Source of the DNA: Dehalococcoidia bacterium
GTDB lineage: Bacteria; Chloroflexota; Dehalococcoidia; JAENJB01
Reading direction: 5' to 3'
Length of the DNA: 44,245 nucleotides
NCBI GenBank assembly: GCA_016844565.1
Contig: JAENJB010000012.1
Location: 1 to 44,245 of the forward strand
How positions within the stretch are numbered: position 1 is the stretch's first letter; each line of letters starts with the position of its first letter. The notes beneath the pieces are model-generated. The model searched no databases, was not told the origin of the DNA, and saw only the letters and a list, made by a program, of their open reading frames with translations. Both the position numbers and the translations under genes were made by a program. Shown piece after piece: positions 27,668 through 36,136 of the stretch.

Positions 27668-28297
27668 ATGAACGACAAGGACCGCACTGAATATATCCCG
27701 GCCCTGAAATATGGCTGGTTGACACCCTTCTACGACCCATTCATACGGTGGACCACCCGAGAGATGGTCTTCAAACGCCGCCTCATCGAGCAGGCGCGGA
27801 TTGAGAGCGGTCACCGGGTGCTCGACCTGGGCTGCGGCACGGCGACGCTCACTATGCGCATCAAGAAAGCCCATCCAGATGCCGTGGTGACCGGGCTTGA
27901 CGGAGACCCCCGGATCCTTGAAATCGCCAGGGCCAAGGTCTCCAGAACCGGACTGGACATCACTCTGGACCACGGTAATGGCTCCTTCGACCGTGTCCTT
28001 TCCAGCCTGCTATTTCATCACCTGACCCGGGAAAACAAGCAGCGCACTCTCAAGGAGGTCTTTCGTGTCCTCCGGCCCGGCGGGGAGCTGCACATGGCCG
28101 ACCTCGGCAGACCCCACAACGCCTTCACGTACACGCTATCGCTTCTTATGCAAAGGTTTGAAGTGACTTATGATAACATAAGAGGCCTGCTGCCAGGGAT
28201 AATTCAGGAGGCTGGTTTCGACCGGGTCGAAGCGACCGCCCGGTACACGACGATTTTCGGGACAATCTGCTTGTATAGAGCATGGAAACCTGGATAG
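27668..28297 (+). CDS. class I SAM-dependent methyltransferase
   Basis: VLDLGCGTATL (motif I), FDRVLSS and RVLRPGGEL (post-I/II motifs). ATG 27668 has GGAGG 8 nt upstream. Confidence 0.8.
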   Translation: MNDKDRTEYIPALKYGWLTPFYDPFIRWTTREMVFKRRLIEQARIESGHRVLDLGCGTATLTMRIKKAHPDAVVTGLDGDPRILEIARAKVSRTGLDITLDHGNGSFDRVLSSLLFHHLTRENKQRTLKEVFRVLRPGGELHMADLGRPHNAFTYTLSLLMQRFEVTYDNIRGLLPGIIQEAGFDRVEATARYTTIFGTICLYRAWKPG

Positions 28298-28358
28298 CAC
28301 ATCTTCGGACCACGGCTGAGACTTTACTACCCATCAGCTGAGTACGTGGAGGCGGACA

Positions 28359-29495
28359 ATGAAGCGGATACTGCTTGTCGCACTGATTCTAGCCCTCGTT
28401 GTTCTTCCTGGCTGTACACGCCCGTCGCTACCAGCGGCGCCACCAACTCCCACCACCCCTGCCCCTGCTCCCATTTCCACTCCCGCACCAGCGACCACTC
28501 CGGCGCCGGCGCCATCGGGCGACACCATACCACCACCAGCGATAGCAACACCTGCCCCGATGACCAGGGGGACTCCGGACCCCGACTTCCAGGTGGATGT
28601 GTACCAATCCGACCTGGCATGGCCCGGCACCACACTGTTCGCTGACCTCCACATCCCGGACCGGCCAAGGATAGTAGAGGTAAACATGCTTGGGGAAATC
28701 ATCTGGGAGTACCTGGTGCCTCAGAGCCTGAGGCAATATACCAACCCCGGATTTGACACAGAGTTGCTGCCCGACAACAACGTGCTGTTCGTGCTGCCCA
28801 GGAACGGCGTGTATGAGATTGACCGCAAGGGCAACACCATCTGGTCGCACCTTACAGGTAAGATTTCCCATGACGCCGACCGCCTGCCAAACGGTAACAC
28901 TATTTTCGCGTTCGGCGCCGATGACCGGAAAGACGATGCTCAGGTGACCGAAGTGAACGCGAAAGGGGAGATTGTCTGGTCATGGCGTGCCCGGGACCAC
29001 TTCGACAAGGCGCCCTACAAGGATATCAACGACGAGGGTTGGAGCCATACGAATGCCGTCTCCAGACTGGCGAATGGCAACACGCTCATCAGCCCGAGGA
29101 ATTTCAACTTCGTGATTGAGGTCAACCCTCAGGGCTCGGTGGTCAGGACTATCGGAGAGGGAATATTCCAGGCCCAACACGACCCGGAGGTCCTTCCCAA
29201 CGGCAATATCCTGGTCGCCAATCACCGCGTACCTCACCGGGCGGTGGAGCTCGACCCGAAGACAGGCAACGTCGTCTGGCAATCCCAGGGCTTCGAGCGC
29301 GAGGTCACCCCGGTCAGAGACGCCGACCGGCTGCCGAACGGCAATACACTGATTACCGGGACGACGAAGATAGTCGAAGTGACGGCCAGGGGCGAGGTGG
29401 TCTGGCAGCTGACTCTAAAAGGGGTGACCTTCGCGGGAAGAGAGGCAAGCGGACTGGGATTCTACAAGGCCGACAGAATCAGCGCACAGAGATAG
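28359..29495 (+). CDS. lipoprotein with a Pro/Thr-rich linker and a beta-propeller (arylsulfotransferase ASST-like) domain
   Basis: LVVLPGC lipobox, a PTPTTPAPAP linker, and repeated LPNGNTL/LPDNN/LANGNTL/LPNGNIL blades. Confidence 0.55.
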   Translation: MKRILLVALILALVVLPGCTRPSLPAAPPTPTTPAPAPISTPAPATTPAPAPSGDTIPPPAIATPAPMTRGTPDPDFQVDVYQSDLAWPGTTLFADLHIPDRPRIVEVNMLGEIIWEYLVPQSLRQYTNPGFDTELLPDNNVLFVLPRNGVYEIDRKGNTIWSHLTGKISHDADRLPNGNTIFAFGADDRKDDAQVTEVNAKGEIVWSWRARDHFDKAPYKDINDEGWSHTNAVSRLANGNTLISPRNFNFVIEVNPQGSVVRTIGEGIFQAQHDPEVLPNGNILVANHRVPHRAVELDPKTGNVVWQSQGFEREVTPVRDADRLPNGNTLITGTTKIVEVTARGEVVWQLTLKGVTFAGREASGLGFYKADRISAQR

Positions 29496-29518
29496 GCTAG
29501 AACTGATTCGCTCATGTC

Positions 29519-29556
29519 TTACGGCCGGTAGACCACCCGGTTCTCGGGAGATTCCC
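29519..29556. repeat. orphan 38-nt duplicate of the PTPS gene 3' end (left direct repeat flanking hicBA)
   Basis: ttacggccggtagaccacccggttctcgggagattccc matches 30122-30159 at 35/38 positions. On the minus strand it would encode ESPENRVVYRP-stop. Confidence 0.85.
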
Positions 29557-29605
29557 GCTCGCTCCTCCGAATCCGTGGTATAATTATCTTTTGGATAGTG
29601 CAAAT

Positions 29606-29878
29606 ATGGCGACTCGATTTGTGCTCACCGACTATGTCAACCAAGCCTTAGCCCACGCTGCTTACGATAAGCTTGAGGACGGCACTTTCGCCGGACGAAT
29701 TCCTCTCTGTTCAGGGGTCGTAGCGTTCGGCACAACTTTGCAGAGGTGTGTAGCCGAGCTACGTTCCACTCTTGAGGACTGGATTCTGGTTGGCCTCAAA
29801 CTGGGCCATGCCATGCCAGTAATCGATGGCATCGACCTGAACATGAATCCGCAACATGAGCCAGTGGAAGCGATGTAA
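29606..29878 (+). CDS. hicB: HicB-family antitoxin
   Basis: The UPF0150/HicB-like N-domain pattern (...AYDKLEDGTFAGRIPLCSGVVAFGTTLQRCVAELRSTLEDWI) is followed directly by a hicA-like gene. Confidence 0.65.
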   Translation: MATRFVLTDYVNQALAHAAYDKLEDGTFAGRIPLCSGVVAFGTTLQRCVAELRSTLEDWILVGLKLGHAMPVIDGIDLNMNPQHEPVEAM

Positions 29879-30089
29879 ACGCCGGGAGTTCACCCGTCGT
29901 CTCAAGAAGCTTGGCTTCGGCGGGCCGTACACTGGAACTCGACACCATTTCATGGTTCATAAGCAACATCGACTAGCAATCCCTTCTAACGCCGAGTATT
30001 CCCTTCCTCAGCTACGCACCATGATGCGCGAAGTAGAGCAAATCATCGGACGAAGCGTATCAGCAGACGAATGGGACCTTCTTCGATAA
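29856..30089 (+). CDS. hicA: HicA-family mRNA interferase toxin
   Basis: KRREFTRRLKKLGF...GTRHHFMVH...LAIPSNAEYSLPQLRTMMREV matches the HicA/YcfA pattern (G-x-H..., ip.h). It overlaps hicB by 23 nt. Confidence 0.65.
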   Translation: MSQWKRCKRREFTRRLKKLGFGGPYTGTRHHFMVHKQHRLAIPSNAEYSLPQLRTMMREVEQIIGRSVSADEWDLLR

Positions 30090-30121
30090 CGTTACCCATC
30101 GGCGTTGAAGAAGCATACCCT

Positions 30122-30475
30122 TTACGGCCGGTAAACCACCCGGTTCTCGGGGGACTCCCACACCTCGATATAGGCTACCTTCACCGGCGACTTGCCAATC
30201 GCGGACTGGAGTTGCCCGTAGATGTAGCTGGCGAGGTTCTCCGCTGACGGATTGAGCTTGTCGAAGGGAGACATCTCGTTCAGATTGTTGTGGTCGAACC
30301 GTGAGATGACCTCACCAAGCTGTTTCTTCAATTCTAGGAAATCGTAGGCCAGGCCGATCTCGTTCAGATGTGGCGCCATTAGCCCCGCTACCACCTCGTA
30401 GCGGTGCCCGTGCAGCTTCTCGCACTTGCCCTGGTAACCCCTCAGGGAATGGGCGGCATCGAAATGCAGGTGCAC
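30122..30475 (-). CDS. 6-pyruvoyl-tetrahydropterin synthase family protein (QueD/PTPS paralogue) in a folate operon
   Basis: FDAAHSLRGYQGKCEKLHGHRY...VWESPEN. GTG 30475 follows an in-frame TAA directly, and ATG-TAT-GAG-ATA (MYEI) lies upstream of that stop. Confidence 0.8.
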   Translation of the reverse strand: MHLHFDAAHSLRGYQGKCEKLHGHRYEVVAGLMAPHLNEIGLAYDFLELKKQLGEVISRFDHNNLNEMSPFDKLNPSAENLASYIYGQLQSAIGKSPVKVAYIEVWESPENRVVYRP

Positions 30476-30482
30476 TTATATC

Positions 30483-30899
30483 TCATACATGTCTCATGTC
30501 TGGAGCAATCTCGGCCAGAGGAATAAGGACAAAGGCCCTCTCCGTCAAGCGGGGATGGGGGATGGTGAGGGATGAGCTTTCGACCACCTCTCCTTCATAA
30601 AAGAGAATGTCGATATCGATGACTCGCGGAGAGTTGCGGGGACCCGGGAGCCGCCCGATCTTCTTCTCCGTCTGCTTGATAAAGCCGAGGAGCTGGCGCG
30701 GGGTAAGGTGAGTGCTCACCTCACAGACAGCGTTGAGAAAGAGAGGCTGGTTGACGAAGCCCACAGGTTCGGCCTCGTAAAGCGACGACAGCCTCTTCAC
30801 CTTCACCTTTCCCTTTTCGCCCAGCGCGTCGACGGCCCGGTCCAGGTTATGGCGGCGGTTTCCCAGGTTGGAACCCAGTCCCAGGTAAGCGGTAGGCAT
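30483..30899 (-). CDS. folK: 2-amino-4-hydroxy-6-hydroxymethyldihydropteridine pyrophosphokinase
   Basis: AYLGLGSNLGNR...YEAEPVG...QP.FLNAV...RVIDIDIL...IPHPRLTERAFVL. Confidence 0.92.
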   Translation of the reverse strand: MPTAYLGLGSNLGNRRHNLDRAVDALGEKGKVKVKRLSSLYEAEPVGFVNQPLFLNAVCEVSTHLTPRQLLGFIKQTEKKIGRLPGPRNSPRVIDIDILFYEGEVVESSSLTIPHPRLTERAFVLIPLAEIAPDMRHV

Positions 30900-31832
30900 T
30901 TACCCTCCCTTCTCTGCGCTCAGAGCCTGTCCTGAGCCTGCCGAAGGAGCAGGCCCTGCCTTTCTTCTGATAATCGCATCGCTCATCTTGCACACCCTGG
31001 CCATGTAGAGCACGTCATGCACCCGCACCATGTCAGCCCCCCGGGCGATGCCGATGGCGACTGTGGCCGCCGTGCCCTCCAGACGCTGGTCGGGCGGCAG
31101 GCCGAGCACCAGACCAATCATGGACTTGCGCGAGGTGCCCACCAGGATGGGATATCCCAGACTATTCAGCTCGTCCAGACGGCGCAGCAACTCCAGGTTC
31201 TGCTCCAGCGTCTTGCCGAAGCCAAAACCCGGGTCAATGATGATGTTCTCACTGGCTACTCCTGCTTCCAGTGCCACACCGGTGCTTCTCTTCAGGTCCG
31301 CCAGAACCGACTTCACAATATCCTGGACCCGGTCGTCCCCCCTGTCCCTTTGATTGCTGGTGATGACCAACGGTGCCTTCTTATCGGCTGCCAGCTTCGC
31401 CAGGTCGGGGTCCATCTTCAGTCCCCAGACGTCGTTGATGATATCGGCGCCCGCCTCCAGCGCCCGGCGGGCCACCTCTTCCTTGTAGGTGTCGACGCTC
31501 AGCGGCACGCGAAACCCCACCAGCCTCTCCACAACGGGGATGACCCGCTTCAGCTCCTCCTCTGTTGAAAGGCGAGAAGCATCGGGGCGGGTGGACTCGC
31601 CGCCGATGTCGATGATATCAGCGCCCTCATCCACCAGACGCCTGGCCTGACTGACTGCGGCCTCCAGGTCGCCACCAAGGCCATCACCTGAGAAAGAGTC
31701 CGGCGTGACATTGAGCACACCCATGATATAGGTCCGCCCGCCCCAGCGGAACTCTCTTCCCTTGACACGCATAACCCTCGGGGCGGCCCCATGCGAAGGG
31801 AATTCCCTCTCCTGAAGCTGGCTCTCTGTCAT
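30900..31832 (-). CDS. folP: dihydropteroate synthase
   Basis: IMGVLNVTPDSFSGDG, DIGGESTRP and INDVWG motifs. ATG 31772 (MRVKG...) is an alternative start. The C-terminal approximately 20 aa are encoded by a repeat module. Confidence 0.9.
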   Translation of the reverse strand: MTESQLQEREFPSHGAAPRVMRVKGREFRWGGRTYIMGVLNVTPDSFSGDGLGGDLEAAVSQARRLVDEGADIIDIGGESTRPDASRLSTEEELKRVIPVVERLVGFRVPLSVDTYKEEVARRALEAGADIINDVWGLKMDPDLAKLAADKKAPLVITSNQRDRGDDRVQDIVKSVLADLKRSTGVALEAGVASENIIIDPGFGFGKTLEQNLELLRRLDELNSLGYPILVGTSRKSMIGLVLGLPPDQRLEGTAATVAIGIARGADMVRVHDVLYMARVCKMSDAIIRRKAGPAPSAGSGQALSAEKGG

Positions 31833-31887
31833 TGGCGTCCGAGCCTAATTTTAACACAAACCGGGATTGCCGCGGCACCCCCTCTAT

Positions 31888-32035
31888 GTCATTGCGAGCC
31901 CATTGGCTATTGCCAAGGGCGAAGCAATCTCATCATCCCTACTTTATCATACCACCGAGATCGCCACGGCCTCCCGACCTGTCGGGATGGCCTCGCGATG
32001 ACAGGAAAGGGCGCTGCTTCGTGCCTCGCAATGAC
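31888..32035. repeat. composite palindromic repeat element (cattgcgag/cgaagcaatc family)
   Basis: A left arm gtcattgcgag...ggcgaagcaatctc, then two right-arm-type units (...cccgacctgtcgggatggcctcgcgatgac and gcttcgtgcctcgcaatgac). Confidence 0.8.
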
Positions 32036-32154
32036 AAACTTTCGTTAACAAACCACCTCTCTCCCACCTCTCTCCCAGTTGTTGCCCGTATAGGTTTATG
32101 GTAACATATCGAATCTTCTTCATCCGCACTTCAAGACCCGGACCCGAGGACAAG

Positions 32155-33663
32155 ATGAGCACTCAAGATAAGATGGCACAACTGCATAAGATACGTGAGC
32201 GCGCAGTAGCTGGCGGCGGAGCACAGCGTCTCGCCCAGCAGCACACCAAGAAGAAGCTGTCCGCACGCGAGAGACTCGACCTCCTCCTCGACCCCGGCAC
32301 CTTCGAGGAATTCGACGCCTTCGTGCCTCTGGACGGAATCTCGGGAGCCGAGTTGGAGAAATTCCAGGCGGAGGCCGTGGTCACCGGCTCCGGTCTGATA
32401 GACGGCCGGACGGTTTTCGTCTTCGCCCAGGACTTCACCGTCATGGGCGGTTCGCTGTCCGAAGCCGTGGCGCAGAAGGTATGCAAGATAATGGACATGG
32501 CGCTCAAGAGCGGCGTGCCTCTCATCGGCATGGAGGACTCCGGAGGCGCCCGAATACAGGAGGGCGTCTTCAGCCTTGGTGGCTACGGCGATATCTTCCT
32601 GCGCAACACCCTCTGCTCAGGCGTCATCCCCCAGATTTCCGTGGTCATGGGCCCGTGCGCCGGAGGGGCTGTGTACTCACCGGCCATCACGGACTTCATC
32701 TTCATGGTCAAGGGCAGCGGCCAGATGTATATCACCGGCCCCGATGTCATCAAGACGGTCACCTCGGAGGAGGTGACCCACGAGCAACTGGGCGGCGCGA
32801 TGACCCACGCCACCAAGAGCGGCCCGGGAGTGCGCCGCCTGCTCAGTTTCCTTCCCCAGAACAACATGGAAGACCCGCCCTTCGTCGAGACCGATGACCG
32901 TCCCGACCGCGCCGAAGAGGCACTGCTCCACATTGTCCCCGGCGAGCCCGATAAGGCCTACGACATGCACGAGATCATCAGGCTCGTGGTGGACAAGGGC
33001 GACTTCCTGGAAGTGCATCAGCATTTCGCCCGGAATCTTCTCGTTGGCTTCGCGCGGCTCGGCGGGCGGGCGGTGGGCATAGTAGCCCAGCAGCCGAACT
33101 ACTACGCCGGAGTTATCGATATCGATGCCTCGGTGAAAGGTGCCCGCTTCGTCCGTTTCTGCGACGCCTTCAACATACCACTGGTGACCCTGGTGGACAC
33201 GCCGGGCTTCATGCCCGGGACCGACCAGGAGCACAAGGGCATCATCCGCCACGGAGCAAAGTTCCTATTCGCCTACGCCGAGGCGACGGTGCCCAAGGTC
33301 GCCGTCATCACCCGCAAGGCCTACGGCGGGGCCTATATTGTCATGAGCAGCAAGCACCTCCGGGGGGATATCAACTACGCCTGGCCCACAGCCGAGATTG
33401 CGGTGATGGGGGCTGAAGGAGCGGTGAACATCATCCACAAGGACCAAATAGCCGCCGCCCAGCAGCCGGCGGAGGTCCGCCGCAAGCTGACGGAGGAGTA
33501 CGAAGCCAGGTTCGCCAACCCCTACGTGGCGGCGTCGCGGGGATATATCGATGATGTTATCGACCCGCGAAGCACGCGGCCCCGGCTGATAAGAGCCCTG
33601 GAGAGACTACAGAATAAGGCGGACACCATCCCTCCCAAGAAGCACGGCAACATCCCCTTGTAG
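32155..33663 (+). CDS. acyl-CoA carboxyltransferase (methylmalonyl-CoA carboxyltransferase 12S / propionyl-CoA carboxylase beta family)
   Basis: [41 protein letters not shown] and AYGGAYIVM blocks. ATG 32155 chosen. Confidence 0.9.
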   Translation: MSTQDKMAQLHKIRERAVAGGGAQRLAQQHTKKKLSARERLDLLLDPGTFEEFDAFVPLDGISGAELEKFQAEAVVTGSGLIDGRTVFVFAQDFTVMGGSLSEAVAQKVCKIMDMALKSGVPLIGMEDSGGARIQEGVFSLGGYGDIFLRNTLCSGVIPQISVVMGPCAGGAVYSPAITDFIFMVKGSGQMYITGPDVIKTVTSEEVTHEQLGGAMTHATKSGPGVRRLLSFLPQNNMEDPPFVETDDRPDRAEEALLHIVPGEPDKAYDMHEIIRLVVDKGDFLEVHQHFARNLLVGFARLGGRAVGIVAQQPNYYAGVIDIDASVKGARFVRFCDAFNIPLVTLVDTPGFMPGTDQEHKGIIRHGAKFLFAYAEATVPKVAVITRKAYGGAYIVMSSKHLRGDINYAWPTAEIAVMGAEGAVNIIHKDQIAAAQQPAEVRRKLTEEYEARFANPYVAASRGYIDDVIDPRSTRPRLIRALERLQNKADTIPPKKHGNIPL

Positions 33664-33690
33664 TTTGCCGGACGGTGTAAGAGAAGAGCC

Positions 33691-33909
33691 ATGGAAAGAG
33701 AGAGGAAAGTCACTGCAGCTATTTCAGGCGCCCTGGCGGCGTACATGAGCGGCGCCCCTCAACCCACCACCATCCCTGAGCAGGTCACCAGGGAACCCGC
33801 GCCCCACCAGACGGTCAGCCCGTGGAGAATCCTCGCCCGCCAGCAACTGGTACAGCGGCGCAACTGGTGGCAATCCTTGAGAAACTCGCCACGGCACCGG
33901 TCAGCATAG
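33691..33909 (+). CDS. small OadG-like/decarboxylase-associated protein (putative)
   Basis: The AAISGALAAYM motif resembles the OadG family. It sits between the two carboxyltransferase genes. Confidence 0.45.
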   Translation: MERERKVTAAISGALAAYMSGAPQPTTIPEQVTREPAPHQTVSPWRILARQQLVQRRNWWQSLRNSPRHRSA

Positions 33910-33931
33910 AAAGGAGAAAACTCCCGGCAGC

Positions 33932-35884
33932 ATGGTCAAGAAGACGCCCCAACCGCTGAGAATCACCGATGTCACCTTGCGCGACGGCCACCAGTCGCTA
34001 CTAGCGACGCGGTTACGTACTACCGACATGGAGCCCATTGCCGCAGAGATAGACAAGGTGGGCTTCTACTCCGCGGAGGTCTGGGGCGGAGCTACCTTCG
34101 ATGTGTGCACCAGATTCCTGAATGAGGACCCGTGGGACAGGGTGCGCCTGCTGAAGAAGCTGATGCCCCTCACTCCCCTGCAAATGCTGCTCCGCGGACA
34201 GAACCTGGTCGGCTATCGCAACTACGCCGACGATGTGGTCGAAGCTTTCATCAAGCATTCCGCCGGGGTCGGCATTGATATCTTCCGCGTCTTCGACGCC
34301 CTCAACGATGAGAGAAACCTGGAGAAGTCCTTCGCCGTTATCAAGGCCTGCGGCAAACATGTGCAGGGCGCTCTGTGCTACTCGCTGACCCAGCCGAGAC
34401 TCGGCGGGCCGGTCTTCAACATCGATTATTATGTCAATAAGGCTTTGGCTCTCCAGACCATGGGAGCCGACAGCCTGTGCATCAAGGATATGGCCGGGCT
34501 TATCGCCCCGGATGACGCCCACGAGCTGGTCAAGGCGCTGAAGAAGGCCCTGCACATACCCGTCATCCTTCACACCCATTACACTAGCGGCATGGCCTCG
34601 ATGAGCTGCCTCAAGGCGGCCGAAGCCGGGGTGGACGCTATTGACGCCGCCGTAGCGCCTTTTGCCCTCCGCTCCTCCCACCCCGCCATCGAGCCTATGG
34701 TCGCAGCCCTTGCCGGCACGGCGCGAGACACCGGACTGGATCTGTCCCGACTCTTCAAGATAGGAAACTACTTCGAGTCCATTGCGCCCAAGTACTGCGA
34801 TTTCCTCGACCAGACCCGGATGGCCGTGGTGGATACCGGCGTCCTCGAGCACCAGCTGCCGGGGGGGATGATAACCAACCTGGTCTCACAGTTAAAGGAG
34901 GCCGGCGCCCTTGCCCGGCTGCCCGAGGTCTATGTCGAGATCCCGCGGGTGAGGAAAGAGATGGGCTACCCGCCGCTGGTCACGCCAACAAGCCAGATCG
35001 TCGGCATCCAGGCCGTGCAGAATGTCCTCTTTGGCCGCTATAAGATGGTCTCCCGCGAGGTCAAAGACTACTTCTGTGGCTACTACGGGCGGTCCCCAGC
35101 CCCCGTTGACCCTGAGGTGCAGAAACTGGTCCTCAGTGGATATGAACGGGGCGAGCAACCCATAATCTGCCGTGTCGCCGATGTCCTCGCGCCTGAGATG
35201 GGGAAAGCCCAGGAGTCCACCAAGGGAGTGGCCAGGGACATCGGTGATACCCTGATTTACGCCCTCTACCCGACTACAGGGATGCGCTTCCTCCGGTGGA
35301 AGTACGGACTGGAGGCGCCCCCCCCCGAGACGCGTCCGAAGACGATGGATGACGTGCGGCGCGAGAATGAGCTCATCGCCAGAGCCAAAGGAGGCAAGCT
35401 CGTGGAGAAAGAGGAAAAGAAAGCACCGGCCCGCGGGGCCGGGGCCAGAACCTTCAACGTGTACGTTGATGGCGAGTACTTCAAGGTGGAAGTGGAAGAT
35501 GCTTCCGGTACCCACATGTCACCCCCCGCGGCGCCAGCCGCTCCCGCCCGTACCCCGGCGGCCCGCGTCAGCCCACCGCTACCGCCTCCTCCGCGAGTCG
35601 AGCCGGTCAAGGAAATCCCGACCACCAGCGCAGAGCCACCGGCGCCCGTACCACTCGCCGCCGGAGAGGTGGCCATCCACGCTCCCATGCCCGGCATCAT
35701 CGTTCGCTATGACAAGAAGGAAGGGGACGAGATTAAGGCAGGCGAGACTATAGTGGTCTTCGAAGCCATGAAGATGGAGAATGCCCTACCCAGCCCGGTC
35801 TCCGGCAAGGTGAAGAAGACCCTTCTGAAGAAGGGCGATAAAGTCTCCAAAGACAGCCTTCTGGCGGTCATTGAGGTAAGGTAG
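33932..35884 (+). CDS. oxaloacetate decarboxylase alpha / transcarboxylase 5S-type carboxyltransferase fused to a biotinyl carrier domain
   Basis: ITDVTLRDGHQS (pyruvate carboxyltransferase TIM barrel), a Pro/Ala linker, and C-terminal EAMKMEN with the biotinyl-lysine motif. Confidence 0.92.
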   Translation: MVKKTPQPLRITDVTLRDGHQSLLATRLRTTDMEPIAAEIDKVGFYSAEVWGGATFDVCTRFLNEDPWDRVRLLKKLMPLTPLQMLLRGQNLVGYRNYADDVVEAFIKHSAGVGIDIFRVFDALNDERNLEKSFAVIKACGKHVQGALCYSLTQPRLGGPVFNIDYYVNKALALQTMGADSLCIKDMAGLIAPDDAHELVKALKKALHIPVILHTHYTSGMASMSCLKAAEAGVDAIDAAVAPFALRSSHPAIEPMVAALAGTARDTGLDLSRLFKIGNYFESIAPKYCDFLDQTRMAVVDTGVLEHQLPGGMITNLVSQLKEAGALARLPEVYVEIPRVRKEMGYPPLVTPTSQIVGIQAVQNVLFGRYKMVSREVKDYFCGYYGRSPAPVDPEVQKLVLSGYERGEQPIICRVADVLAPEMGKAQESTKGVARDIGDTLIYALYPTTGMRFLRWKYGLEAPPPETRPKTMDDVRRENELIARAKGGKLVEKEEKKAPARGAGARTFNVYVDGEYFKVEVEDASGTHMSPPAAPAAPARTPAARVSPPLPPPPRVEPVKEIPTTSAEPPAPVPLAAGEVAIHAPMPGIIVRYDKKEGDEIKAGETIVVFEAMKMENALPSPVSGKVKKTLLKKGDKVSKDSLLAVIEVR

Positions 35885-35902
35885 GATTGCTTAGTTTACA
35901 CC

Positions 35903-36116
35903 GTCATTGCGAGGGGCAACCCCCCGAAGCAATCCGTCCCCGTGTCCTCTCCCCCCTGGAGGGGGAGAGTTAGAACCTGTCCTGAGCTTGTCGAAGGAGA
36001 GAGGGGGATGCTTCTTCGATGAAGTACACCCTCTCCCTATCCCTCTCCCGTCAAGGGAGAGGGGACATCACGGATTGCTTCGTCGTCCCGATTCCATCGG
36101 GACTCCTCGCCATGAC
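35903..36116. repeat. composite intergenic repeat array (arms, a cctgtcctgagcttgtcgaagg module and two ctctccc...gggagag hairpins)
   Basis: gtcattgcgag...cgaagcaatcc at the left and ggattgcttcg...ctcgccatgac at the right. Internal hairpins lie at about 35948-35969 and 36041-36064, and the module at 35976-35999 is shared with 40886-40909 and 30926-30949. Confidence 0.85.
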
Positions 36117-36136
36117 AGAGCCGTTAGAATAAAGAA

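Noticed and set aside
27960-28000. A possibly shortened loop in the methyltransferase (DHGNGSFDRV, where relatives often have a longer stretch before the conserved FD).
   Set aside because: This loop is variable across class I methyltransferases, and I cannot establish a deletion without an alignment.
35903-36116. The repeat arrays considered as CRISPR arrays.
   Set aside because: There is no regular repeat-spacer periodicity. The units are inverted rather than direct, the copies are dispersed across the window, and no cas genes are present.
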